Below are positions 1 through 12,278 of a stretch of 64,000 bases of DNA, piece after piece (the stretch's first letter is position 1; each line of letters starts with the position of its first letter). The notes below the pieces were generated by a model. It did not search any database and was not told where the DNA came from. It saw nothing but the letters and a program-made list of their open reading frames with translations. Made by a program: the position numbers and the translations under genes. Origin of the DNA: Cercozoa sp. M6MM (taxonomy: Eukaryota > Protista > Endomyxa: Ascetosporea); the NCBI GenBank assembly GCA_040357565.1, contig JBDODJ010000062.1. One strand, 5' to 3'.

Positions 1-20
1 TTTACCCCCCCCCCCCCCAG

Positions 21-712
21 GTGTTTCCGTCGCCTGTGCGGTCAGCGTTTCATGGAGCGAGTGCGACGCGACCGGGACAGACGAGACAGGTTGGACCGGT
101 CGGACAGGTCGGACCGAGTGGACAGGGACAGACGGGACAGGTCGGACGGATTGGACGGCGATACGGGAGCGCCAATGACGCGATCGACATCGGCGATGGC
201 GCTGCTGGATTCGATGCAGCTGCACACCACCGATTCCACTGGGACAGGTACAGTTGTACATTAGTACTGTTGTACATTTGTACAGTTGTACAATTGTACA
301 GTTGTACAATTGTACAGTTGTACATTTGTACAGAAAATACAGATAGTACAGGTAGTACAACAGATAGTGCAGGTACAGGTGGTCACACAGACGATGAAAC
401 ACACCTGCAGGCGCCTGCCTCACGTCGACGGGTTCTGTCCTGGGTACAACGCTTCCTTAACTAAGAGCGCACCCTTTAGTAAAGTCTGTGCACTGACAGA
501 GTGCCGACCGGTTCGCACGTGCGCGTGCTGACAGTCTGTGCTCCGAGTCGCCTGGACCGACTCGAGGCGACATGAGCACAGCCGCCAGCACCTGCACCAG
601 TCCTGGCAGCACTAGTACCGGCAGCCGGAGTCTGAGCGACGTGGACCAGCGCGAACTCGCTCCATACAGAGTGACTTCCAGCGACGATGACTCCGATGCC
701 TTGCACGAATAA
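21..712 (+). CDS. 3' part of a hypothetical low-complexity protein (RD/S/T-rich); 5' end lies outside the window
   Basis: C-run/AG acceptor ends at 20. GT-AG introns at 248-333 and ~443-499 keep one frame open (..FRRLCGQRFMERVRRDRDRR..; ..SADRFARARADSLC..DALHE*). TAA at 710-712. Confidence 0.6.
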
Positions 713-723
713 TACAGTAAGTT

Positions 724-753
724 TAGTTAGTTTAGTCTACCGTAAACCAACTA
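724..753 (+). promoter_or_regulatory. Conserved post-stop stem-loop (TAGTTAGTTTA-GTCTACCG-TAAACCAACTA); putative 3'-end element
   Basis: 11-bp inverted repeat with one mismatch, 11 nt after TAA. Homologues at 40700-40730, 48577-48607 and 63072-63099. Confidence 0.55.
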
Positions 754-1088
754 GTGTCGTTTCCCTGTACCACTCCTGGGTCTTGTACGAATGATACAGT
801 TTCGGCACAGTCGGTACGAACGACACCGTACTTGCAGACTGTCCCGTACTGTACCTGCACAGTACGTAGTATATGTATATAAGTTACAGTAGTTCAGTGA
901 CTTAAGTCTACGAAGGAACCGACTACTGTCGTATGTAGCTCTAGCTCGGCCGGGTGCAGTACGGTTGGACCATAACTACTGTCGTGTATCCACAGTCATT
1001 CAAACTGCCTGCGTCTGAATCAATTCGAACAACCACGTAAAAGTAAAACGAAAACTGAGCGATCATCCGCCCACTGACGAGATTGTCT

Positions 1089-1543
1089 CTACTGCTCCTC
1101 GTCGCTCGTGCTCTCCTTGGCCGCCTTACTCTTGTCCTCCTTGAGCAACTCGTCCTCTTCCATGCCGGCCTGCCTGCGCACACGGCAAGGGTGGCATCAT
1201 AACAACAAGGAACTGTCTAATGCAGGGCCTACTGGATAATGTCTTGGAACGACGACTCCAGCTCGTCGACTCGCTTGCCCATCTCGTCGACTGTTCACAA
1301 CAAGACAGTGAAGTTTTTTTTTGAGTGCTGCGAAACAGCGTACTCTTGTCCAGGATCTGCTGCGACATGTCGACGAACCGCGTGTGCATGTTCTCTACAC
1401 CGCAGCAGCCATCAGTCACAGTCAGTTGACACTCACGCAGGCAGCATTCCCAAAGTACCCAGCATGTCCTCGACCTGTCGGGCCAAGTCCTCCTCTTGCT
1501 GGCCCTGCTGCTGTTGCTGCTGTGCTTCCGGCTCGCCCGACAT
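1089..1543 (-). CDS. HSBP1: Heat shock factor-binding protein 1
   Basis: Four exons splice to MSGEPEAQQ..LARQVEDMLENMHTRFVDMSQQILDKIDEMGKRVDELESSFQDIIQQAGMEE.., matching the HSBP1 coiled-coil signature (MQxKFQxMSDQIIGRIDDMxxRIDDLE..QAG). Confidence 0.88.
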
Positions 1544-2226
1544 TCTGGTTTTGGTTCTGTTGCAAACGAATCGCGCTCGTCTGGTCGCTTGCGATGTCTA
1601 AATGGTGTGACAAACTGCACACACACACCAGGATTTCCTCAGTTTGCCAGGCAAGGCCAACTTTAGTGTATGCAGGCACCTTTAAAAAACAGTCTGGTTT
1701 GTTTTATTTTTTTCTTTGTGAACCAAAGTCCGCGCCCGGTACTCCGGAGCGGCCGATGCGCGCAATCCTGAGAGAGTGTGTGTGTCAGCGACGCGAATCT
1801 CCCCCCAGTGAGCGAGGGTGCTTCCCCGCCACGCACCATCCGTGCGCTGCCGATTCAAGATCGGTTCTGACGGTCATCGGCGGCCCAAGAACGTGATTCC
1901 GTGCGTTTTTTCCTTTTTTTAATTCGTTTTCTCTTTTCAACAAAAGAGTCCTTTCATTCTTTTCGCGCCTTCGCCGTTCGGTCCCGCCCATTTGCCTCGC
2001 TCAGTCGGGTGTTTATGGCTGTGCGTGCATTTGAATGCCCAGCGCCTGCTAACCCGCAAGCGATCGAAGTTGTGTACCGGAGTTTTGAGTTTTGGTTTGA
2101 CACAAAGTTTTTCCCGAGTTGAGAAGCCCGATTCTTGCTGGAGTTGAAATGCGGTTTTTTCGTCATCTCACATGCTGTGCTGCGCAGGCAGTCTGGTCAT
2201 TGCCAAGCGATCACAGTCGCCAGAGC

Positions 2227-3624
2227 ATGGGCACAGCGTCTTCCTCACCGGTATCCAAAATCCAAAAGCATTTTTGGTCGACTGGTCAGTTGGCCACCCT
2301 TACTTTTTTGCATTTTCCGCTTCCGCGCGAAGAGTTATGCTTTTGCCTAAGATCCTCTCCGTGTGTGCGCTTTGGTTTGCCGCGAGGCAGTCGTGCCGTT
2401 CGTGCTGACATATGCCATGGTGGCAGTTTGGCGACTGGGTGGTTGTGCGATTTTTTGTTCCCTTTTTGGTTGTTTGACTTGATCTTTGGCGTGCGTTTTT
2501 TTTTTTCGTTTTTTGTGCTCGTTCTACCTTGCAATTGGTGAGAGTAGACGCGTGAGGAGCACGCTGAGAGCAATGCGCAGCGTGTGGCCGAGGAAGTCGC
2601 AGCGAGTGCCATTGCATCGCCCTCTCATTCGTCAGTTTCTGCAGGGCCGACTGATTCGGTCTACCCGAGCAGCGAACGGCCGCGAGACAAGAGCGTGAGT
2701 CCGCAGAAAGCCGAGCAGAAGCGACTGGAAGGGCAGCAGAAACGGCTGGAGACAAAGCAGGCGAGACAGGCAGCGAAGGAGCAGGCGAAGCAGGCGAAAG
2801 AGCAGGCCAGGCAGGCCAAGCAGGAGGCCAAGCTCGCCAAGCAGCAGGCGAAACAGCAGGCCAAGCAGCAGCAAAAGGAAGCGGCCCGACAGGAGAAACT
2901 GCGCAAGAAAGCGCAGCAGCAGGAAGCAGCTGCAGCAGACTCGCAGATGCAGCAGCAGTCCAAACAGTCCAGCAAACAGTCCGGCAAGCTAGCGAGGCCG
3001 CCGTCGGGCCGTTCGATGCTGCGTTTCGGGAAGAAGCCGGCGGCGGCGCGTGCGCAGTCGGCCGATGACGGCACAGTGTCGGGCATGCGTCGCTCGCGCT
3101 CGATGCACGCTTTCCCGCTGGACGCGACGCGGCCAACACAGGCAGCGTCGAAACAGCAGCAACAGCAACCAGTGCAACAGCAGCAGTCGCGTTTGCTGTC
3201 GCGTAGCAAGAAGACGCAGCAGCAGTCGAGACCAGCGACGAGACCAGCGAGTGGCGGCAAGACACACGGCCACGTGCCCTACAAGATCGTGCGCGGAGGC
3301 GAGGCCCCGTCGGGTGCTGCCACACGACCGGCGCAGCCGCCGCGTCGCAGTCAGCAACAGCAGCGCAATCTCGACGCACTGCGCGCCTCGCGCTCCGTGC
3401 CGAACTTCCAGGTGCTGCTGGGACGCACCGACTTTTCGCGTCAGTCCTCCGAGGTGTGTCACTGTCTGTGTCTCTATGCCCGTGTCCATGTATGTGTAAA
3501 TCTTGACGCTGGCGTGTGCAGGCGCAGATGTACCAAATGATGGTAAAGCGCGTGCGCCAGCTGCCGGGTCCGTACGCCCGTGTTGCGCGCATGGTATGCA
3601 CTTGGCTTAATATCTACCTCGTAA

Positions 3625-3706
<82 letters not shown>

Positions 3707-4501
3707 CATGTGTTTATGTATTTATGTGTGTGTACGTAGTGTGTGTATAGATGTGTATTTATGTATGTGTGTATGTGTATGTGCATCTATGGCATCTATG
3801 TTTGTGTGCGAGTAGGAACGCTCGCCGCCGTCAATTCCGGCGGTGCGCGAGGAAAGCGACGAGGACGATTCGGACGACAGTTCGGAGCACGAGATGGACC
3901 TCGGACAGCACTTTGGCAGTGTTGCCGAGAGCGAGTTGCGCGCTCCGGTAGGCTCTCTGTGCATATAAACATGTACAAAGATACATATGTAGTATGATAG
4001 TATGTTGTATGTATACATGTCTATATGCGTCGTTGTACGTCCGTAGATCACGTCGCTCAAGGCGTACGAGCATGCGCCTCGCGCGATTTTCTTCCGCGAC
4101 CGCGAGCCCATCGCGACTCGGAGAGGTACACTGTATCTGTATAGAGTATATATATATATATAGATATGTCTATAGGGAGCGATCGTTCGCGTCGCTCGCT
4201 GCTGTCGAAGCCGATGCGTCGCAGCAGCAGCACAACATGCATGGAGTTGCTGACCACGTCCGACGTGCCTGCGCCGCCACTGCCGGCATCAGCGTCGTCA
4301 GGCCGCTTTTCCAATGGCGTCGATTCGCAGGGTGCCCTCTTCAGCCCATTATATGTCCATCTATAGATATCTATAGATATCTATATGTATGTATGTATAT
4401 ACACTTCTGTAGGAATGACGCCCAATGCCAAGAGCAGCGCCGACTCCTTCCCGGCTTCTGTGGCCGCTGCTGTCGGCGTGATGAACGAAGAGAGTGACTG
4501 A
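2227..4501 (+). CDS. Hypothetical Q/A/K-rich coiled-coil and disordered protein with an MGxxxS N-terminus
   Basis: ATG at 2227 (MGTASSSP|), long exon 2548-3453 with KQA repeats, then five further in-frame GT-AG exons to TGA at 4499-4501. The first intron is uncertain. Confidence 0.6.
3627..3790. repeat. Intronic (TA)n/(TG)n microsatellite
   Basis: Directly visible inside the intron at ~3594-3815. Confidence 0.9.
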
Positions 4502-4836
4502 GCCCGCGACGCAAGCGACTTCGGAGCTTCCTTGCCAAACGCAGCAAAGTTCCGATCTGCGCTTGCCTTAGCTACGATATATAATTTTGTGATTTCCCTA
4601 TTTGTTTCATTTAACATCCGTCGCTTGTACAACGTAATTTTGGGCAAGCCCGGCTGAAGTAGCTGGTGCAGTAGCTGCTCTAACCTAGTAGTAAACCAGT
4701 GTGCTAAGTAAGATCGGGACTGAAACCGGTCGGCAAGAATGGAGTTGCTGATGCCTGTAGGCACACACAGAAACCTCAATCTCACATGCTACCAACCAGG
4801 GATGTGGAAAAACGCACCGATAGCACGGCAGGCGAG

Positions 4837-7480
4837 TTAGACGACGACGCCGCCGCCGACCGGAAGGCCGCCAGAATGTCGGCCTGCGAGCGTATGTGCA
4901 TAGTTTGGAGGATTAGCCAGGCGGTAGTTGAGATGGGGGTGTACCTTCCGCGCGAGCGACTCTTCGTTCTCCTCGAAGGACGGATTCAGCATGGCGTACA
5001 GTCGCCGTCGGTTCTCGCTGCACGGGGGTAAGAGGGTATAGGATGCATGGGGATGATAGAGGGTACGCATGCATGTGCGCCGAGGTGTGCATGTCGTAGG
5101 AGGAAAGCGGCAGGACTTGACACTCGTCAGTGTCGCTGTCGATGGTGGTACTGTAGGTGCCGATCGACGCGTGCGCGTCGCAGGCCGTCTCATCGCCCGG
5201 GTCCTCTTCGCTGTTGTTGTTGTCGCCGTGCTCTCTGAGTCGAGTGCCGTGCAGACCACTGTCGTAGCTGTCGTTGCTGTCGTCATTGTCGCTCTCACTG
5301 TCGCTCTCACTATCGCTCTCACTGTCACTGTCCTCTCTCGGGTGCAGCGGCATGCCGTACGTGCATCTATCAAGGACGGAAGGGTACATGGGAGGGAGGG
5401 CACACTAGGCAGACTACCTGTAGACGGTACACGCCGCTTGTGTCATGCGACGGCCCAGGAAACTGCAGATACGTTTCGAAGGACGGAACAGCGTCTTCAC
5501 GACATCGTCGGCTACGCGTGTAGAACATACACCCTCGTACCTCCCTTACCCCCACTCTTATTCCCTCCCCGGTAGAGTCTCGATAAGTGTACCCAAGTGA
5601 AGTGTCTCGAGTTCTTGCTCCTGCGGCGGCGTGTGGAAGGCCGGGTGCGACGACACGTGCGCCAGCAGCGTGTTGTCCTCCTCCTCGCACTCCGAATCCT
5701 CCGCCGCTCGCAGCACTGTCGCGCGCAGGTGTTTAGACCCTGTGAGGTGGGGACAAACGGGGAAGAATACGGGGCCAGGGTAGACAGAGAGTAAGAGTGT
5801 CAGGGTAAGGGTAGTCAGAGGGTAAGTAGTCAGAGGGTAAGGGTAGTCAGAGGGTAGGTAGTAAGGGGTGGAGGTGTACGCCGCTGCTTCTTTCGCTTGG
5901 CCGAGAAGGAGAAGAGCGCGTGCAGGCACAAGTGATCGGTTGGAAACTCGGCATTCGGCAGCGACTTGAGCACAGTGGTGGCCAGTTCCTCGCGGCGCCA
6001 CCAGTCGTGCCAGCGACGCAGCTTCACTCCTGCACCTGCACGGGGGAGGGGTGATGGGGGGTAACAGGGGGTGATGGGGGGTAACAGGGGGAAGGGGGTA
6101 ACAAGGAGGTAACAGGCGGGTACCGCCAAAGAAGAGGTAGTCGAGAGTGCCACGGAAGTGGCCAGTCGAGTTGGTGAAAGCCGGCTCGCCGTGCTCGTCG
6201 TCGGGCAGCGCTTCGCCCAGCGACTCCTCGCCCTGCTGGACTCACAACTTATACCCCTACCCCTTGCCCCCCCCCCCCGACAAGAAAACGCACCGCATCG
6301 CGGGCAGCAGCGGAGGCCGAGCGCAGAGTGAGAGCCGAGATTTGTTCCTAGCATGTGTGTATCAGTAGGCAGGGAGGACAGGGAAGACATGGTACATCGT
6401 CATCGACCGAGGTGAGTAGCGACGACAGCGTGCCTCGCACCAGCAGAGTTTGCTTCAGCAGATTGTACACGGTCTACCAAGGGGAGAGAGGTAGGTGAGA
6501 TGGTTTAAGGGGTATGGAGGGATAAAAGGTAAGGGGTGGGACAGGGGACCGAGCCAGGCAGCGAGTTGAGGTCGCCACAGAGCACGACGCCCTTGCAGCG
6601 CGGCATGGTCGACAGCGCCGCCAGCACGCGTCGCAGGTGCCGCGCCTGCGCGAGCTTCACCTGGTCGCGCTGCGGGTCCCAATACAGGTGCGCATTGAGC
6701 ACCCACACGCCCTTCTGCGACTGCGACTGCCGCGGCTGCAGGAATACTGCGCACACGCATACAGACATACAGACGTACAGACACATACATATATATAGAC
6801 AGGCAGAGTACGGCCGAGTGCGACGTTGTGCGTGCGGTAGGGGTCCCACTTCTTGTTGAGCGCCGTTGCAGCCTCGGGTACTCGGTCTAGGTCAATGTCC
6901 AGGTGCTCCAGCGACAGTGCAAAGACGGAGCGCCGCCAAAACTGCATTAATATAATATTTGTTCATTATATATTATGCATATATGCTGAAGTACAGTGGC
7001 CACGCCGTCGCACTTTTTGTTGTGTCGCTTAAGAAAAACGCCGTCGAAGCCGTGCGGCGACAGCAGCGCGTAGACATCCTCGTAGCGATCGACCTCCTGC
7101 AGACAGATGATGTCGGTGCAGTCGATGAAGCGCATGATCCACGCCTCCAACTGGATTGGCACACACCACACACATGCACACAGACATACAGACATATAGA
7201 AATATCTGTATGTATAGATGTACAAAGGGACTTAAGAGACACCTTTCTGAGTCGTCTTCGCCAGCGAAAGCGCCGGCGGAACTCGTCGACGTCGTACTGC
7301 TCAGCGAGCTCGCGAAACATGGCGCGTCGCTGCGCGCAACAAAGCAAAAGCACAGAACATGCTTCAGTTTACAGCCTGTGTGTTTGGTTTCTTTGAGTGC
7401 TGTCCTACCGTGTACTCCTGGGCGAGGATGTTCCAGCTGAGCACGCCAAACACGAGACGCTCGGTGTTGACACGCGACAT
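4837..7480 (-). CDS. CCR4/nocturnin/Angel-family endonuclease-exonuclease-phosphatase with an acidic C-terminal extension
   Basis: Spliced motifs FGVLSWNILAQ, DIICLQEVD, DGVATFWR, NAHLYWDP, LCGDLNSLP, EPAFTN..FRGTLDYLF, LPNAEFPTDH. The start codon is tentative. Confidence 0.85.
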
Positions 7481-8173
7481 CGCCGTCTCCTCTCGCCAGC
7501 GCAAAGCAAGCCAACAACACGTCAGGCAGACCTAGGGAACAGCGAAGCACACCGTCTTGTGGAAGTTGCGCGACAGTCTCGGTTAAACAGAGTCCGCTGC
7601 GCACAATTCGACGACCCGATCCTGGGTAATGAACGCTGCCAGACTGCACACCAAATGCCGATCACTCTTCTGCACTCGTGCGAGTTCTACTACCTGACAA
7701 TGAGCTTGCACTGAGCACCAGCGGCCAAGCTGCACATGCGAGTGGTCCTTAGAGCTGTTTTGCCTTCCTTTATTTTTATGCCGTCTCACACGGGACAAAC
7801 GGACGGAGACCTCTTCGGCCCACATTTCTCGCAACACAGTGCGTTAGATCACATTTAAGTACGCTTTTAGTTAGAAGTGTAGTGTTATGCACACGCAGAC
7901 GAGCGAGTATTTGTAAACAATGGCGGTTCAGGATCGCCAACTCGAGCGTTTCTCCACCGTCTTGGTCAACACAAGCGTTTCTGGGCGAAGCTTGATCTTG
8001 GTGTATTTGTGATCTTGAACCGCTCCCATAGGCGCCCACCTGTCTGCAATCTCATTGACAGAGAAATAGGTGGCCCCTGCAGCGACCTAGAGCAACCGGC
8101 GCGGCGGTAGGTTGGTTTGACGCCTTTGAAGCTAACTGTCATTGACTATTTGCAGGATTGGAGCAAATTGACC

Positions 8174-9810
8174 ATGACGTCAAAGGCCATTTTGCATGTG
8201 TTCGAAGAGTATCAAGTTGCTCGCACGAAGTTCGTGCAGTCAGTCGCTGAGCTCGCTTCAAGGCCACAAAACGCCGAAGCTTTGCAGAATGTTGGTGCAC
8301 TCGCATTGCTGCGGCCGCTCCTGCTCGACAACGTGCCATCGATTCAGCAATCTGCTGCTTTGGCAATTGGTCGACTAGCAAGCCATTCAGAAGCCACTGC
8401 AGAGTCGGTGATTTCTAACGACGTTCTTCCACAGCTTGTCTACTCTCTTGCCGAACAAAACCGGTACTTCAAGAAGTCGGCTGCCTTTGTGCTGCGGAAC
8501 GTGGCGAAGCACTCGCCTGCACTCGCCCAAGCCGTCGCCGACAGCGGTGCACTCGAAGCGCTTGTTGATTGTCTCGGCGATTTTGAACCTGCGGTAAAGG
8601 AGCACGCAGCACTCGCTCTCGCTGCAGTGGCTCGGCATGGACCTGAACTCGCACAGGCAGCGCTCGATGCAGGCGCTGTGTCGCAGCTCGTGCTATGTGT
8701 TCAAGAACCAGAGTTGTCGCTAAAGCGAGTTGCTGCGCATTCAATCGGCGAATTGGCGAAGCACTTGCCAGACCATGCGCAAGCAATCGTAGATGTTGGT
8801 GCAGTGTCATATCTCGCACCTCTTCTGCAGCACAACGATTCGCGATTGAAGCGCCACACTTGCACTGCGCTTGCACACATTGCAAAGCATTCTGTCGATA
8901 TGGCCGAAGCAGTGGTGGAAGCCGACGTGTACCCAAAACTTCTTTTCTTGCTGAAAGATTCAGACCTGGTGGTGCGACGATGTGCGGCTACGTTGGTGCG
9001 AGAGACTGTGAAACATACGCCTGAGTTGGCTCGTCTTGTGGTTAACTGTGGTGGCCACGGAGCACTCGTGGATTTCGTTGCCGAAGAGATAGTTGACGAG
9101 GGCGAGCGCGAAGTGAGTGCTGACGACAAACTGCCGGCGATAATGGCACTGGGCTACATCTCTGCCTTTTCGGACACACTCGCCTCAGCAGTGATTCAAG
9201 CGCACGGAGTGCTCGCTTTGAAGTCCGCACTTTCTCATGGCAACGCCGATTATGTCCGTGCAGCCGCTGCGTGGAGTCTGGGCCAGATTGGGCGGCATAC
9301 TCCCGACCACGCCAAAGCACTCGCGCAGGCAGACGTGCTGCGAAAGCTCGTTGAACTCATCGCCGAAACTTCGGTGGAAGGCGAAACAAAAGGCGAAACC
9401 TCAATGCGTGGCGATCTACACGACAAAGCACTCATGGCTCTCCGCACCGCTCTCAACAAATGCACCATGTGCTCGGCTTTGGAAGCTCTCATGTTCGTAC
9501 GTCAACTTCAGTTTAAAGCATGCACGGGTGTGTTGTATCAGTTCTTTCCCTGTAGAATGCACCGCACGAAGTCTTGAAGCTTGTTCTCGAGCAGTTTGTC
9601 AAAATCTTGCCGAATGACAAGGCATCGCGAAAGAGCTTTGTCACCTCTGGTTGTCTTGAGAAGGCACAACAGTTGAAGACGGAAAATGCACCAGTATTCG
9701 AAGATGTCGTGGCTGTGCTCAACAACCTGTTCCCTGCAGAGGTGGTCGCTTACTACCAGCCCGACTTCCACGAGAAACTAATTGAGAAAATTGACGAAAT
9801 CGAACCTTGA
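8174..9810 (+). CDS. SPAG6: Armadillo-repeat central-pair protein SPAG6/PF16
   Basis: Begins M..ILHVFEEYQVARTKFVQSVAELASRPQN..LLRPLLLDNVPSIQQSAALAIGRLA. One intron (9497-9555) joins the C-terminus QFVKILPNDKASRKSFVTSGCL..YYQPDF. A probable 5'UTR intron lies at ~8107-8155. Confidence 0.95.
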
Positions 9811-9998
9811 TCTACAGTACAAGTAGATGAAAGCTGTCATGTTTTTACTGTAACTGTCAGAATCACTCAGTATAGTTTTTACTGTCCCCCCCGTCTCATT
9901 CAGTCACTTTACTGAAAGAGTCGTTTCTTGTCGAACTGACCTCCATCCTGGTCGATCAGTGCTACAAGAGCTAGCATACAGCACAAGCGCAGCTGATT

Positions 9999-12278
9999 AT
10001 GCTGCAGGTGGGCTCGCCGCTAAGTGGTTTTCTCTCGCGGCAAGATGACCGCCAGCTGCACGAATTTGCCAATCACGCCCCCGTGTCTGTTTCGATTTTG
10101 CCTGCTCGAAACAGGTGAGTTTGCATGCTCTCAGCAGTCTCAGCTTGTGACTCCTCTGCGTATGTTCGTCGTGTGCATTGTTACCTGTATACTGCCTTTC
10201 ATCGCAAGGACAGTCGAAGGAAGTTGTCGATCGTCATCCCTCAGTGCTCGAGACGAAACTGGCCACAGCGAAAACGGCATGAACCCGAGCTCCAAGGCTT
10301 TGGCAGTGCGGCGCGCATCGATAAAGTTGCGCTCGTTCAAACTACAGGCACACCTGGGCGCGTATGTGCCAATTCGTATCAAAAGGCAGTGCCACTGCAG
10401 AAGCAACTTGCGACACCCTCGCAGTCAAAGAAAGGGTACTCTGGTCTCGCGAGTCGAACGAAGCGACCGAGATTCGGGGATGGAGGGCTTGAGCAAATAT
10501 CTCGTTGGACGGCACCAGGTCCTGCCAGCTACGCGCCTCCAGTGCTACAGGCCGAACTGACAACAGACTCGAGCTCGGAGCTGCCGGCACCTTTTTTTGC
10601 TGGGGTATCGTCAACGCTCTTTCTGTTTTATAGAACTGTATTTATTGTGCCACTGACTGGATCGATTCTTCCCAGATACGTAAGGGGAAGACAGTCCTAC
10701 GTGACTCTACGATAACTGCAAGCAAGCAGCGAGAAGAATCTCCGAGTCAGCTGCAAAAAAACTTAGGAGAACAGTTCAATCCAGAGACACACTGGAAACA
10801 ACACTCGAAAAGGAAGCGAACCGCCAAGATACTCGACCTGCAGCACAGGAGGCTGCGAAAAGCAACCGTCAAATCAGTGAACTCAAGCTGCGAGTCACTT
10901 CCACCAGTTTCGAAGCGAGAACTGATGTTCTTCCGCGAACAGCACTTCCGCGAACTCGCTCTGGAAGTGAAGTTGCACAAGATCGAGCAGCTTGCCCTTG
11001 AGAAAACTCGTCAGAAGAAACAGCCAGATGTGCGACAAGCTGCTTCGGCGAGAGGGCAAACCGACGAAACACGGCAGACGCAAACTCAAGCGAAATCCTA
11101 CAGTGCTCGAGCAGTTACGGTGCCCAGAAGACACTTGGAGGAAGAACCGGAATCACCAGCACGACTGAAGACGCAGTACAGTTTCACGAATTTGTTGCGC
11201 TCGCTTGAACACAGCGAAGATGCAACCGAGTTCGAAACAAGGCTGAAAGAAGAACCTGAAGCGAGTTGGACGATGCTGAAACCGCCGAGTCTGGACCTGG
11301 CCTCGCTCCGTGGTGCTGATATCAGTTCCGCCTCATTCCCACCGAAACTGCCGAGTCTTCGCGCTGCTGTATGAATTGCGCCTCAACTTTTTGTGTTTTC
11401 TTTGTCCATTTGAGAGCACTGGTTGCAGCAATGGGTGCGACGACGCGACGGGTCGAACTTCGAGGCAGGCACAGGTGCCACGCGGCAAGCGCACCGAAAG
11501 ACGCTGCTAGGTGCGATTTACATGGCGCTGCAGCAACGTGGACATGAAGCTTCGGGTTTCTTTGGCGGTTTTTCTGCTCGCGTACTACTCGTTTTTTGAG
11601 CCAAAACTACATTAAAATACAGCCCTTTCCGTATTTGGACAGTACGAGTCGGAGGAATCGAGTTCGCTCACGCCAAAGTCGGCATCAGCGACGACTGCGT
11701 CTATCCGCATCAAGACCGCCAAGCGTTTTCCGCGCAGCAGTCGAAGTAGGAGCCTGAGTACCACGGGCTCCGGCAAGCAATGTTCCAGCCGTAGCACACG
11801 AAAGCAACAACAACAACACGCTTCCGTATCCGATCTTGAAAGCATCGACGAAGGTGCACTGGCTGATGTCGAGCTCTGCTCCGGCAGGCCCGTGGTATGA
11901 CTCCAGTCACTTGCTTTTTCACGAGTCAAGTTGCGAGGATTAGATGGGATGTATCTGAAGCTTGAGTCGGGAATACACACGAGCAGCTCGACAACGACTG
12001 GGTGCTGCGATTCGCCGTTCCCGCCGGTGTCACAACGACTGCGCCACACTGCCACTCTCGCTCACGACAAACTGAAGCTTCTGCGAACCGGTAATCGTCG
12101 CCGACTCAAACTCAGACAAAACAAGGCCCGACATTTGCGACGAGAACGACGAAGTCCCGAGGAGTCTCACAATACGGCCGATTCCGCCGCCAATGTTACA
12201 GGCACTGGAAATGGCGAGCCGTTAACGTTGCTGATTTCGGCACCGTTTCGGCTTCCTAGTCGGAAATACTACGACTAG
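9999..12278 (+). CDS. Hypothetical protein; N-terminal region resembles STPG1/SHIPPO (PGP-repeat) proteins
   Basis: Spliced frame contains ELQGFGSAAR..SQSKKGYSGLASR..TAPGPASY. Later exons join ORFs 10877-11374 and 11931-12278. Confidence 0.45.

Noticed and set aside
2300-3601. 433-aa and 199-aa minus-strand ORFs; likewise the 537-aa ORF at 46633-48246 and the 374-aa ORF at 43131-44255
   Set aside because: Antisense shadows of GC-rich or Q-rich + strand exons and microsatellites, with no motifs.
8174-9810. Possible stop-codon reassignment or non-canonical introns
   Set aside because: Apparent in-frame stops in the conserved genes I traced were all removed by GT-AG introns, and TAA, TAG and TGA all serve as terminal stops.
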